Below, one piece after another: positions 47,721 to 57,530 of a DNA stretch of 64,000 nt (position 1 is the first letter of the stretch; each line of letters starts with the position of its first letter). The DNA is from Giardia intestinalis (Eukaryota): assembly GCA_000002435.2 (NCBI GenBank), contig CM018792.1. The stretch is one strand, 5' to 3'. The translations under genes and the position numbers were made by a program. A model generated the notes under the pieces. The model saw only the letters and a program-made list of their open reading frames with translations. It was not told where the DNA came from and searched no databases.

Positions 47721-50700
47721 CTAACTAAAGTTCTCTTTGTAGCCGCTCATCAGACGCTTCAGACGCTCTTCAATCCCCTTCTCTACAGATTGTACTGCTT
47801 GTAATGTGTCTGTCAACGATGTTCTTATTTGTGCCCCGATGGGCTGATTCGAATGGATCGGGGTCGCAATTTTGGGTTCGTGATCAAGCGCAGCTGCTTT
47901 GACAGCCTCCTGCGCAGAAACTATTCCCAGCTCTGCTACTCGCGCTACATCAGGTGCCATCACCCGAAGCCGCTCTAGGCCAGCCATTGTGTATCCTGTT
48001 TGATATCCCTGCATAGTATCGTCCTTGTCTTCAGTATTAGTTGCTTTAATTGCACCGCTAATCATTCGTGAAGCAGTGTCCACAATGCTGCTCACTGGGA
48101 CCTCCTGTGCAGCAGGAGCGGGAGGAAGCTCGGCCGCAGTTTGAGGTAGGGTCACAGTGTACTTGTTATAGTCTGTAATATAGTTGTCAGCACTTGGTCC
48201 AGTAGTACGCGCACGAATTGCCTTAGTGAGGCACGCCTGAATGTCGTCCATGCAGTCTTTGACTCTTCTCTCGTCCGTCGTCAAGCCGGCTACAGTCCCC
48301 TTCTTACGGATTGCTTCCAGGACATCTTCTACTAAACCCAGCACGTGGTCTAATAGAGCAAGCGACTCCTCTCGTGTCCCCGGTTGTTCAGTAGGCTTTT
48401 GCATTTCGTGGATGGCATGAATGGCGAATGCACTGCCTGATTCTGCGCTTCTACGCATAAAATCTGCTGTTGCTTGCTCAAGGGGAACACTAGTTACATT
48501 TGTTTGATATGCGGGAAATACAACTGTTTCGGAGCCATGATCTGCAACCGCACGCTCCAGGTTCTGGAATGCAACCCGAAGAGAGCTAACGTCCAATTTT
48601 ATTTCCTGCAAAGTAGCGGTAGCAGAGGCCAGCTGCTTTTTTAAACTGTCCAGCTCTGCTTGGGATGTAAGATTCTGATGCTGCAGCTTTTTGTGCGACT
48701 CCTTTATCTGTCTCACCTCGCTGACCTTTCCTGAACGCTCCTGTTTGAGTACCGTGTGCTTCTTTTCGATCTCTTTGAATAATAGCATCTTGGCCGATAG
48801 TTCTCTTTCCTGGCGCTGAAGCTGGCGAAGCTTTATTTCGTTCTTGAGCCTTGCGTCCACTGCTTTACGGAGTTCATTCACGAGAGACTTCACCTGTGCG
48901 TCTTCCAAAGAGCGGGACGCCGCTTGCTTGTTGTAATTCAACGCCGACGCTATGGCTTCTTCGGCTTGCCCCTTTATTTCGGCGTAAAGTTTCTTTTCTA
49001 ACTGGCTGATATCCTCCTCGTGAGAGTTCAAAAGCCTCTTTATGTCAGCCACGGGGATTGCACTCTTGGCTAGAGATCCCGGTGCTGTGGTTGTTGTCCC
49101 AAGCGAAGCCGAGATTATCTTCCTTATGTCAGTAGCACGCTTCTGTGCGGCCATCATGTGTAATTCAGACACCAGAAGGGCCTCCTGTCCTTGACACTCT
49201 AGGTCTGTAATGCGCGCTAGAAGCTCGTCTTTGTAGAGAGTGGCGCGCTCTAGTGCTTGTGTCGCTGTTGTTAGCTTGTCTTTTAGAGCCTGAAGGTCCG
49301 ACTGGGAGGATGGCTGAGGTAGATCAAGCGCAAGAGAGTCAATGGTGCTTACCACATCGTCCTGCTCCGACGTCTTATCCGTCATCTTTGCTTTTGGGGC
49401 GTCTAACCTTGCATTGGCCCTGAGGGTCTCGAGAAACCTATTTGCTAGCATAGCTGCTGTTTCTTGCTGACGGCTAGCATCAGAAAGCTGAGTTTTTGGG
49501 GAGATAACGACATTACCAACAGTCTGTAACGAAACTTGATCTTCCGAAAGGCCTGTGTTAGAGGTTGCAAGAGCAGACTCTGCATGTAAAGAATTGAATA
49601 CGCTGGGGCTTATATTTGTTTCAACAACAGGATCTAGGGACACTATGTTGTGCTTTACCGATATTATATGCGCAGTATTGTCGACACCGCTGGAAGCCAG
49701 AGCAGCAGGGAACGCATCGGTGCTCATTGTGTAAACAGGACTATGTGCATCATGAACATACGCCTGGCCTGTGAGCTCATTCACCTCTTGGACGCCATAC
49801 ATAGCGGGGTCTACAACGTGCGTGATACTCGGCGGTTGGTCAAACAGCTCCACCTCTGGTCTCAAGGAAGTGGATGCTGGGGATACAAAACCTGCTGGTC
49901 TGGGCTGGGGCACTTGGGGAGGTGTCTTTTGCTCATGCATGGTGCTGTTAAATGAAGGATATGACCCGTCATAATGGGGCTCAGACGTCTTTGTGTACTT
50001 GTTTGAGTGCTTATCTTCATAGAGCATGCCCATGTCTGGTTTCATATCATCATCTTTAGTCCCTAAGTCTTGAGCGACAGGTAAAAGGGGAGAAGAGATC
50101 GAGGGGCGAGAGCGGATAGTAGCATCCAGCGCCTTTTGCAGTTCAGAGTCTATGAGATCTGTTACTTCTATAGGGGGGTTGACTGGCGGATGCATGCGAT
50201 TCCTAGCTACCTTGGTTGTCTCAAGAGAAGTCTTGCAAATATGCAACATTGCTAAGAGTGTTTCAGCGTATTGACCAGACTCGCTGGAGCCATTAAACAT
50301 TCCAATGAGGACGGGCCTAGCGCGAGCCAGAATGGGGAGTACAAGCTGAGTTATTGGGGCTGTAGGAATAGGGTTCGCGCTGATGAAGAACTCAACTGTC
50401 TGCCCACTTGATGCTATATCCAGCAGCCCAGTTGTTAGCGCATGAAGAACTGGCCCAGGTGTAGAGTCAATAAGGGTGACAGTAGAAATTGCCCCATTGG
50501 CTTGATTGTAAAGCTGTATTTTGAAGCACATGGTAGAGCTGCTAGGGGCTGGCTCCGCTACACCAGTTGTTTCTCTCTCAGTATAGTTCTTGCTAAGATT
50601 GCGGACATATTCCAAAAGCGTTAAGCTTTGGGCCTTGTCGGCCAGCTGGACCTTTGTAATCTTCATGTTGTCTATTGTCGACTCAAAATCATCTTCTGGT

Positions 50701-51098
50701 GCAAAGTGATCGATAATGACATCATCAAAAAGCTCAAACGCTGAAAAGGTGACCGAGTGGGATGAGTCAACTAACCCAGTTACCTCTGTGAGCAAGGCCT
50801 CAAGTATACCGGCCTGATAAGAAGAAAGCCTGGTCTTGCCCGTCCCCTGGGTCCCCATTACCAGGATTGTGGACGACTCCCCACTGGACAGTGTTCCCAC
50901 GGTGGTCCGAGCAAGATTGTCCACAAATGCCTTGCTTTCATATGCTTCCACGATTGTGCTCATAGAGAATTGCTTCCGCCGTCCATCCTTGCCGCAGAGA
51001 AAAAGAGACGTGCCATCTACCTCTAGATATCTGGGTCGCGGGTCGGAAAGAACAGCGATTGCTTTAGTGGCGTACATTTTTAAAACATCGCCTGCCAC
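47721..51098 (-). CDS. P-loop coiled-coil protein with a divergent, kinesin-like N-terminal domain that lacks canonical switch motifs.
   Basis: ILVMGTQGTGKT resembles kinesin AYGQTGSGKT. VTFSAFELFDDVIIDHF resembles VSYLEIYNE..DLL. TVTLIDSTPG sits where DLAGSE would be. I do not see SSRSH. The C-terminal half is a long heptad-rich coiled coil. Confidence 0.4.
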   Translation of the reverse strand: MAGDVLKMYATKAIAVLSDPRPRYLEVDGTSLFLCGKDGRRKQFSMSTIVEAYESKAFVDNLARTTVGTLSSGESSTILVMGTQGTGKTRLSSYQAGILEALLTEVTGLVDSSHSVTFSAFELFDDVIIDHFAPEDDFESTIDNMKITKVQLADKAQSLTLLEYVRNLSKNYTERETTGVAEPAPSSSTMCFKIQLYNQANGAISTVTLIDSTPGPVLHALTTGLLDIASSGQTVEFFISANPIPTAPITQLVLPILARARPVLIGMFNGSSESGQYAETLLAMLHICKTSLETTKVARNRMHPPVNPPIEVTDLIDSELQKALDATIRSRPSISSPLLPVAQDLGTKDDDMKPDMGMLYEDKHSNKYTKTSEPHYDGSYPSFNSTMHEQKTPPQVPQPRPAGFVSPASTSLRPEVELFDQPPSITHVVDPAMYGVQEVNELTGQAYVHDAHSPVYTMSTDAFPAALASSGVDNTAHIISVKHNIVSLDPVVETNISPSVFNSLHAESALATSNTGLSEDQVSLQTVGNVVISPKTQLSDASRQQETAAMLANRFLETLRANARLDAPKAKMTDKTSEQDDVVSTIDSLALDLPQPSSQSDLQALKDKLTTATQALERATLYKDELLARITDLECQGQEALLVSELHMMAAQKRATDIRKIISASLGTTTTAPGSLAKSAIPVADIKRLLNSHEEDISQLEKKLYAEIKGQAEEAIASALNYNKQAASRSLEDAQVKSLVNELRKAVDARLKNEIKLRQLQRQERELSAKMLLFKEIEKKHTVLKQERSGKVSEVRQIKESHKKLQHQNLTSQAELDSLKKQLASATATLQEIKLDVSSLRVAFQNLERAVADHGSETVVFPAYQTNVTSVPLEQATADFMRRSAESGSAFAIHAIHEMQKPTEQPGTREESLALLDHVLGLVEDVLEAIRKKGTVAGLTTDERRVKDCMDDIQACLTKAIRARTTGPSADNYITDYNKYTVTLPQTAAELPPAPAAQEVPVSSIVDTASRMISGAIKATNTEDKDDTMQGYQTGYTMAGLERLRVMAPDVARVAELGIVSAQEAVKAAALDHEPKIATPIHSNQPIGAQIRTSLTDTLQAVQSVEKGIEERLKRLMSGYKENFS

Positions 51099-51261
51099 GC
51101 TTACTGCATAATGGATCTTCCTCTTCCGTGTGAGGTAGCACCCTTTCCCCAGGCTCAGACTGAGTCCATGCGCTTCTGCCCCCCAAAGCTTCTGCCAATA
51201 ATATCATCGCAGGTACTCAAAACAGAGGCTGCAAGCCGAGACGAGTAAGTGTAAATGTTTT

Positions 51262-51924
51262 CTATAGTTCACTCTTTGTAGCGTGCTTGTCTGCAGATGC
51301 AAACCGGCGTAGGGCAATCTTCCGTCTGTACTCATCCAGCTCTTTTGCAAATTGGCGGGTCTTCTCTATTTCCATCCGGAGCTCCTCCTCAACAGCAGCA
51401 TTTTCCTTTCTTAGCTCTTCCAGGTCAATGCTTGGGGCAGTGAAGTAGCTGATTGGTAGGGCGTCAACGCTCTTTCGGATCTCTGTAAGGTGCTCTACGA
51501 TGCTTTGCCCCGCCATTGTGCTGATTTCGATTGGTGTGGAAAGGGTCGTGACGTCTGCACCGCCTTTCACAGGAAGTTCGAGGCTTCTATAATACTCTGT
51601 CGGGAATCGCATGCCTAAACGGACAACCCCAACTGCACTTCCAGCCAGCTCCTTATCGTCATCTGTACCGTTCTGAGGTTGCTGCATGGGGGCCGGCTGC
51701 TGCGATGTCTCCAAGTGCCGAAAAGTCATAGATTGCATTCTATCGTCAAGTTCGTAGTTGAGTTCGTAGATGAGCTTCCACTCAATATTGGTGAGTGGGT
51801 CAAACGAAAGGGTGGGAGCCTGGCGAAGAGGGGAATCGTGCTCCTGGGATGCCATGTTTTTTATCCTTCGGTAAACCTGGAGCCTAGGCTTCATGGACAG
51901 AATAGAGCGCAGGAGCCTTATCAC
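51262..51924 (-). CDS. Hypothetical protein (220 aa) with a C-terminal coiled coil.
   Basis: ORF only. Confidence 0.4.
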   Translation of the reverse strand: MIRLLRSILSMKPRLQVYRRIKNMASQEHDSPLRQAPTLSFDPLTNIEWKLIYELNYELDDRMQSMTFRHLETSQQPAPMQQPQNGTDDDKELAGSAVGVVRLGMRFPTEYYRSLELPVKGGADVTTLSTPIEISTMAGQSIVEHLTEIRKSVDALPISYFTAPSIDLEELRKENAAVEEELRMEIEKTRQFAKELDEYRRKIALRRFASADKHATKSEL

Positions 51925-52316
51925 TCCTCGACAAGAAAGCGGGCTCCGTTGACCCCGTACGTATTCAAGAGATGAGTAACGTGCTTTGGCGTAATGATGT
52001 ACGGTGGCTGGCTTTTGTTCATAGTACCTTGATGAATCGCTAATTCCAGAAGCTCCGTATAGAGGCTCTCGGTTATCGCATTAAGTATGAAGTAGGGGTC
52101 TGCCCGATCCAGCATACCCTCAGTTGCTCCTGTGTGCTCTGAAGTAAGGCGGGCCTCTCTATCGCAAAGGGCTACCAGCGCGTCTAGTGCTTCTCTGTCT
52201 AAGTACTCTCGCTTGGTAAAATCAGCCACCTGCATTGGTGTTTCGGCCTGATAAAAAGAATGGAGTAATTTTAAAATGGCCTTCACCCCGTATGTGCCAC
52301 CGAGCGTGCTCCACAT
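51921..52316 (-). CDS. Hypothetical protein (131 aa). Its stop overlaps the start of 51262..51924 (ATGA).
   Basis: ORF only. It may be the N-terminal part of one frameshifted gene. Confidence 0.3.
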   Translation of the reverse strand: MWSTLGGTYGVKAILKLLHSFYQAETPMQVADFTKREYLDREALDALVALCDREARLTSEHTGATEGMLDRADPYFILNAITESLYTELLELAIHQGTMNKSQPPYIITPKHVTHLLNTYGVNGARFLVEE

Positions 52317-55300
52317 ACCTCAGGGCCTACTGGACTTTCCTGCGATGGAGGAGGAGATGCTTAACTACTGGGACCAGATCCAGGCATTTGAGACGCAGCT
52401 CCGCCTCACCAGAAGCTACCCACCTTTCAACTTCTACGACGGTCCGCCGTTCGCCACTGGGCTTCCTCACTACGGTCATCTTTTAGCCGGTACCATAAAG
52501 GATGTTGTCTGTAGATATTATTCGATGAATCGTCGTTATGTGAATCGTCGTTTTGGCTGGGATTGCCACGGACTTCCTGTCGAGTATGAAGTTGACAAGA
52601 TGCTTGACGTCAAGAGCCCTAGCGATGTCATCAATAAAATAGGCATCAGAAAGTACAATCAAACGTGCAGGTCAATCGTCATGAGATATTCGCAGGAGTG
52701 GGAGGCCATCGTCAAGCGATCTGGTCGCTGGATAGACTTTAAGCGTGACTACAAGACTATGAATCTTCTCTTTATGGAGTCTGTGTGGTGGGTGTTTAAA
52801 GAGCTATACGACAAAGGTCTTGTTTATGAGGGGACCAAGGTGATGCCATACAGCACGGCCTGTGCTACGCCTCTATCTAACTTCGAAGCCAACTTAAATT
52901 ACAAAGAGGTCCAAGACATGACGTGTATCGTTAGCTTCCCAGTGATAGTACCAGACACAAACCGCGAGGTGGGTGGGACCGTTGATAAGAACGTGAATGA
53001 GGAGAAGATCTCCCTTTGGAAGAAGGTGTTTTCTCCTTTTCCCGAGGTACACCTAGTGGCTTGGACCACGACACCGTGGACTCTACCCTCCAATCTTGCT
53101 CTTTGCGTCAATCCTTCTCTAGCTTATCTTCTTTGCCGACGAGTGTTGGATTCTGATGGCGGAAAAGCTGAGAACTCACCGTGCTATCTCGTTGCTGAAT
53201 CTCTTGTAAAGACCCTGTTTCCTCCTCTGGTGGACAAAAAGACGAAGAAGGAGACCCCTACGCATGAAGTTCTCCACCGGCTTGTTGGCCAGGACTTGGC
53301 AGGTCTGCGTTACAACCCCCTTTTCCCGTACTTTAAGTCCTCATATGGAGCGAAGCATGCTTGCTGGAAGGTTGTCGCAGATGACTATGTAACGTCAGAC
53401 TCTGGAGTGGGCATAGTCCATATTGCTCCTTTCTTTGGCGAGGACGACTACAGAGTTGGTTTGGAAAACAACATTATCGTGAAGGATGGAGATATCGTTT
53501 GTCCTCTGGACGACTCTGGCAACTTCCTCCCCGACGTTGTTGACTTTGCAGGCCTCTATGTTAAGGACGCCAACAAGCCCATATTAAAGTATCTCAAGGA
53601 GGCCGGCAGGCTTGTCTCCCAGTCTACATGTACCCACAGCTATCCCTATTGTTGGCGCTCAGACACTCCTCTAATCTATCGGGCGATTCCCTCCTGGTTT
53701 GTCCGGGTCGAGCAGATAAAGGATTCCTTGATAAGGAACAACCTGAAGGCCTCTTGGGTTCCAAAGGCAATTCAAGAGAAGAGGTTCCACAACTGGCTGG
53801 AGAATGCCCGTGACTGGTCTATAAGTCGCAACCGCTTTTGGGGCTGCCCGATTCCCATTTGGATGTCAGCCGACAAGACCCAGCTGAAAGTTATTGGAAG
53901 TATCTCGGAGTTGAGTGAGCTGACTGGGGTTCCTCTGACCCGAATCAGGGATATCCACCGGGACTATCTCGATAACATGACAATACCCGATCCGCGAGGG
54001 CCGGACTATCCCCCAATGAGACGCATTTCTCCTGTCTTTGACTGCTGGTTTGAGTCTGGGTCTATGCCCTATGCGCAAAAGCACTACCCATTCCATCCTG
54101 ATTACAAGAAGGCACAGGGCGTAGACGCGTTTCTCAAGGAGTTTCCAGGAGACTTTATCGCTGAAGGCCTTGATCAGACACGAGGCTGGTTCTACACACT
54201 TCTCATTCTCTCAACAGCTCTCTTCGACAGCCCACCGTCCATGAACTGCATCGTCAACGGTCTTGTCCTGGCGAGCGACGGCCAGAAGATGTCCAAGCGT
54301 ATCCGTAACTATCCGGACGTTAACCACATTATCAATACCTATGGGTCCGATGCACTTCGCCTCTATCTGGTAAACTCCCCTGCGGTCCGTGCTCAAGAGC
54401 TGCGGTTCCGTGAGGAAGGTGTAAAGGGCGTGACGAAGGACCTGTTTGTTCCTTGGTACAATAGCTTCCGCTTCTTCACACAACAGGCCACCAGGTATCA
54501 CGAGGTCACAGGGAAAGATTTCCTTTCACTGCTTATTCACTCAGAAAAGCCGCTATTTGAGGAAGCGCTGAAACGAATGGTAACTAGCGTCCTCGATATG
54601 TGGATTTTAGCTTCCTTTGAGCAGTTGGTCGCGACTGTTAGACGCGAAATGGCCTCCTACCAACTATATAACGTGCTTCCTGAGCTTCTACGGTTCATCG
54701 ACGATCTGACAAAATGGTATATCCGCTTCAACAGAGACACGCTCAAGGGAGAGGATGGGGTCAGCGCCACGTACGTCAGTCTAAATGTTTTGTTCTATGT
54801 CCTGTTCATGCTCTGTCGCTTAATGGCACCCTACACTCCTTTTGTGTGCGACTGGATGTACCTTCAACTCAGGCCAGTTATGAATCTCCCCGGTGTGTTC
54901 GATAAAGTGGCATACCGCTCGATCCACTTTTGGGCAGTTCCTAGCCTTGCGCCCAACACCTTCAAGTTTCAAGCACAGCCCAACGTTATCCAGAAGATGA
55001 CTGCGCTCAAAGACGTCATCATGCTCGGGCGGATGGTACGCAAGGACAAGTGTGGGGTCACGTCGTTCAAGATGCCACTGGGGAGTGTTACCATAGCACA
55101 CGACAGGAAGGAAATTCTGGATGAGCTCAAAACTCTGGTGTCGTTCATTCAAAGCGAACTGAATGTCCTCGAGGTCAACTTCCATGTAGGCGAGGAGGGG
55201 CTGGCAACGTTTGCTGTTATTCCAGACTTTATAGCCATCAAAGAAGTGTATGCTGGGGATAAGAAGGTGCTTGGAAACGTAATCAACAAGGTGAAAGGGC

Positions 55301-55773
55301 TCTGTGACATCTCAAAGCCTGAAAACCTAGCCTTTGTAAAGGAGCTCAGAAAGACTGGGCGCTGCCAGCTGGACGGCATAACTGTGACAAGCGATCTATG
55401 CAAAGTAATGCTGGAGCCCATCCCCGTCCCGAATTACGCCAGTGCAGCGGACGAGAACGGATTCCTCTGCTCCTTCGATACACGCATCACTCAAGAGATA
55501 AAGCAGAAGGCTGTCGTGCGTATTCTATTCAGTAAGATTCAACAACTGCGCAGGCGGGTTGGCATGGACTTTCGCGACAAGGCAGATGTCTATGTATACT
55601 CCGTTCAAGAGGGGGACGAGTTGGTCCAGTACGCCGTCGACTCTATTGCAGATCGCTTGAACGGAACAATCCGTAACTCAGAGCCGGGGAACATCGAGAG
55701 CAAATCAGCTACAGAGATGGCCTCGATAGAGAACGACATCTTCAAGTGCACAGTCCAGATTGTCAAATATTAG
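52276..55773 (+). CDS. Cytosolic isoleucyl-tRNA synthetase (class I).
   Basis: PPFATGLPHYGHLLAGTIKD (HIGH motif), KMSKR, and a large CP1/editing domain. The N-terminal FPAMEEEMLNYW resembles the eukaryotic IleRS NFPAEEEKILEFW. Confidence 0.9.
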   Translation: MAFTPYVPPSVLHIPQGLLDFPAMEEEMLNYWDQIQAFETQLRLTRSYPPFNFYDGPPFATGLPHYGHLLAGTIKDVVCRYYSMNRRYVNRRFGWDCHGLPVEYEVDKMLDVKSPSDVINKIGIRKYNQTCRSIVMRYSQEWEAIVKRSGRWIDFKRDYKTMNLLFMESVWWVFKELYDKGLVYEGTKVMPYSTACATPLSNFEANLNYKEVQDMTCIVSFPVIVPDTNREVGGTVDKNVNEEKISLWKKVFSPFPEVHLVAWTTTPWTLPSNLALCVNPSLAYLLCRRVLDSDGGKAENSPCYLVAESLVKTLFPPLVDKKTKKETPTHEVLHRLVGQDLAGLRYNPLFPYFKSSYGAKHACWKVVADDYVTSDSGVGIVHIAPFFGEDDYRVGLENNIIVKDGDIVCPLDDSGNFLPDVVDFAGLYVKDANKPILKYLKEAGRLVSQSTCTHSYPYCWRSDTPLIYRAIPSWFVRVEQIKDSLIRNNLKASWVPKAIQEKRFHNWLENARDWSISRNRFWGCPIPIWMSADKTQLKVIGSISELSELTGVPLTRIRDIHRDYLDNMTIPDPRGPDYPPMRRISPVFDCWFESGSMPYAQKHYPFHPDYKKAQGVDAFLKEFPGDFIAEGLDQTRGWFYTLLILSTALFDSPPSMNCIVNGLVLASDGQKMSKRIRNYPDVNHIINTYGSDALRLYLVNSPAVRAQELRFREEGVKGVTKDLFVPWYNSFRFFTQQATRYHEVTGKDFLSLLIHSEKPLFEEALKRMVTSVLDMWILASFEQLVATVRREMASYQLYNVLPELLRFIDDLTKWYIRFNRDTLKGEDGVSATYVSLNVLFYVLFMLCRLMAPYTPFVCDWMYLQLRPVMNLPGVFDKVAYRSIHFWAVPSLAPNTFKFQAQPNVIQKMTALKDVIMLGRMVRKDKCGVTSFKMPLGSVTIAHDRKEILDELKTLVSFIQSELNVLEVNFHVGEEGLATFAVIPDFIAIKEVYAGDKKVLGNVINKVKGLCDISKPENLAFVKELRKTGRCQLDGITVTSDLCKVMLEPIPVPNYASAADENGFLCSFDTRITQEIKQKAVVRILFSKIQQLRRRVGMDFRDKADVYVYSVQEGDELVQYAVDSIADRLNGTIRNSEPGNIESKSATEMASIENDIFKCTVQIVKY

Positions 55774-55873
55774 TGGACCATCAATAAATTGCCCTTTTGT
55801 GGTTGATTGAACAATTTCTAAAAAATGTTGCAATTAAATTCTGCCCACGTCAGCCACAAGTTAGCCTCCGGGG

Positions 55874-56995
55874 ATGATATACTTCGTCTTCTGTTCAGCA
55901 GACTGTAACTTAGCTTGCTCGTATTGTGGCAACTCGCCCGAGGATCTCTGCATGCCTGCCAAGCCAACCTATGAGTTCGAGAAGCTCGCGGAGTTTATTG
56001 CCGGAGACGATGATCCTGTCTTCGTGTTTTACGGTGGAGAGCCCTTGCTGAACCGTCCCTATGTATGCCGCGTCATGGATCGCTTTCCAGACGCCACTTT
56101 TGTGCTGCAATCCAACTGCACGTTGCTCTATGATTTGCCCACCCCCTACCTTAAGAGATTCGCCTGCATACTGCTTTCCATTGATGGCCGCCCGGAAACG
56201 GTTGATGCTTATCGGGGAGAGGGCGTCTACGAAAGGATTGAGAAGAACATCAACGACGCCCGCTCTCGAGGATATACTGGACCGATCGTGGCTCGTATGG
56301 CGTGCTCGTTGAAGACAGACATATATAAGGATGTCCACTACCTCATGTATGAATCTCCGCTGAAGTTTGACGCTGTTTATTGGCAGCTAGATGTCGAGTG
56401 GGACTCTCCCATGAATGCCCGTTGGGGGAACTTCGAGGTCTGGATGCGTCAAACATATATGCCAGGGGTTGACAGGCTCTTCAAGGAATGGCGCGAGGGT
56501 CTGGAGCGTGGAGATGTGAAGGTCATTGTCCCGTTCAACACAATTACAGAGGCATACTTGGATTGCAATGCCATCGATGGTGCAGATCCTTCTGTCCCCA
56601 GACGCGGATACTTGCGCTGCTCAGCTGGGCACAAGGCGGTTAGCATCACAACTGATGGCCGAGTGCTGGCGTGTCCTGTTGCAAGCGGGGAATGCTGGAA
56701 CAACCTCGGAAAGCTAAGTGACTCTCGGACCTCTCTCTTGGGTCAGAAGTCTGTTGGAGGAATGTGTGACGTCTGTGAGGTCCGAGAGGTTTGCGGGGGT
56801 CGCTGCTTATACGCAAACCAAACCCTCTGGTGGGGTGATGATGGACATGCCTTAGTGTGTGAGCTCAACAAGCACCTTATCGCCCTTTGTGAATCGCACT
56901 CTGACAGGGTCCAAACGATGCTTGCAACTGGAAAGATCTCATGGGCTCAGTTCCACTTTCCGAGCGAGCGCTACAGTCTGGAGATCATCCCCTGA
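55874..56995 (+). CDS. Radical SAM enzyme with a C-terminal SPASM/twitch Cys cluster (anaerobic sulfatase-maturase-like).
   Basis: CNLACSYC (CX3CX2C), GGEPLL, and the C-terminal CDVCEVREVCGGRC (CX2CX5CX3C). Confidence 0.7.
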   Translation: MIYFVFCSADCNLACSYCGNSPEDLCMPAKPTYEFEKLAEFIAGDDDPVFVFYGGEPLLNRPYVCRVMDRFPDATFVLQSNCTLLYDLPTPYLKRFACILLSIDGRPETVDAYRGEGVYERIEKNINDARSRGYTGPIVARMACSLKTDIYKDVHYLMYESPLKFDAVYWQLDVEWDSPMNARWGNFEVWMRQTYMPGVDRLFKEWREGLERGDVKVIVPFNTITEAYLDCNAIDGADPSVPRRGYLRCSAGHKAVSITTDGRVLACPVASGECWNNLGKLSDSRTSLLGQKSVGGMCDVCEVREVCGGRCLYANQTLWWGDDGHALVCELNKHLIALCESHSDRVQTMLATGKISWAQFHFPSERYSLEIIP

Positions 56996-57055
56996 GTAAA
57001 TTCCCGAAAGATTTTAAAATGAATTTGCGGCCTTAGAGAAAAGCGATCCCGAACT

Positions 57056-57460
57056 ATGGTCCACATTCCGAAGGCAGTCTACAAGGCCGTTTACGCGCAT
57101 CTGTACGAGAATGCGTCTCTGGCTCTGAAGGAATACTGGCGCGTAGGGAACGTGCCAGGGATCACGTATGTCGATGAGAATGGCAAGCTCTGCAATCCCA
57201 CCTATCTTCACGTCAATTGTATAATGCAGTCTCTTGAGTCCCGTGGCGTTGTGAAGGATACATTCGCCTGGAGACACCACTACTATCTTCTCACTGAGAA
57301 GGGCGAGCAGTTCATCCGCAAGGAGTTGGATCTCACCGACGATGTTCTCCCGACGCCGTATTCGAAGCCTAGTATTAAGCCTCCTCAATATGCACAGTGC
57401 TTCTCGTCGAAGGGCAAGCCCGATAGAGCCCCCCAGCCTAAGCCCGATGAAGCAAAGTAA
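57056..57460 (+). CDS. RPS10: 40S ribosomal protein S10e.
   Basis: MVHIPKAVYKAVYAHLYE...FAWRHHYYLLTEKGEQFIRKEL matches the S10e N-terminal domain (...FAWRHFYWYLTNEGIQYLR). Confidence 0.8.
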   Translation: MVHIPKAVYKAVYAHLYENASLALKEYWRVGNVPGITYVDENGKLCNPTYLHVNCIMQSLESRGVVKDTFAWRHHYYLLTEKGEQFIRKELDLTDDVLPTPYSKPSIKPPQYAQCFSSKGKPDRAPQPKPDEAK

Positions 57461-57530
57461 AATCTGAGCCCATAGCTTCCACGCACAGATGATCCCCAGC
57501 GGAATGTTGGAGTAAATCAAGTCCTGGCCC

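Noticed and set aside
57014-57520. 168-aa minus-strand ORF covering the RPS10 locus.
   Set aside because: It is antisense to a well-supported ribosomal protein gene and has no motifs.
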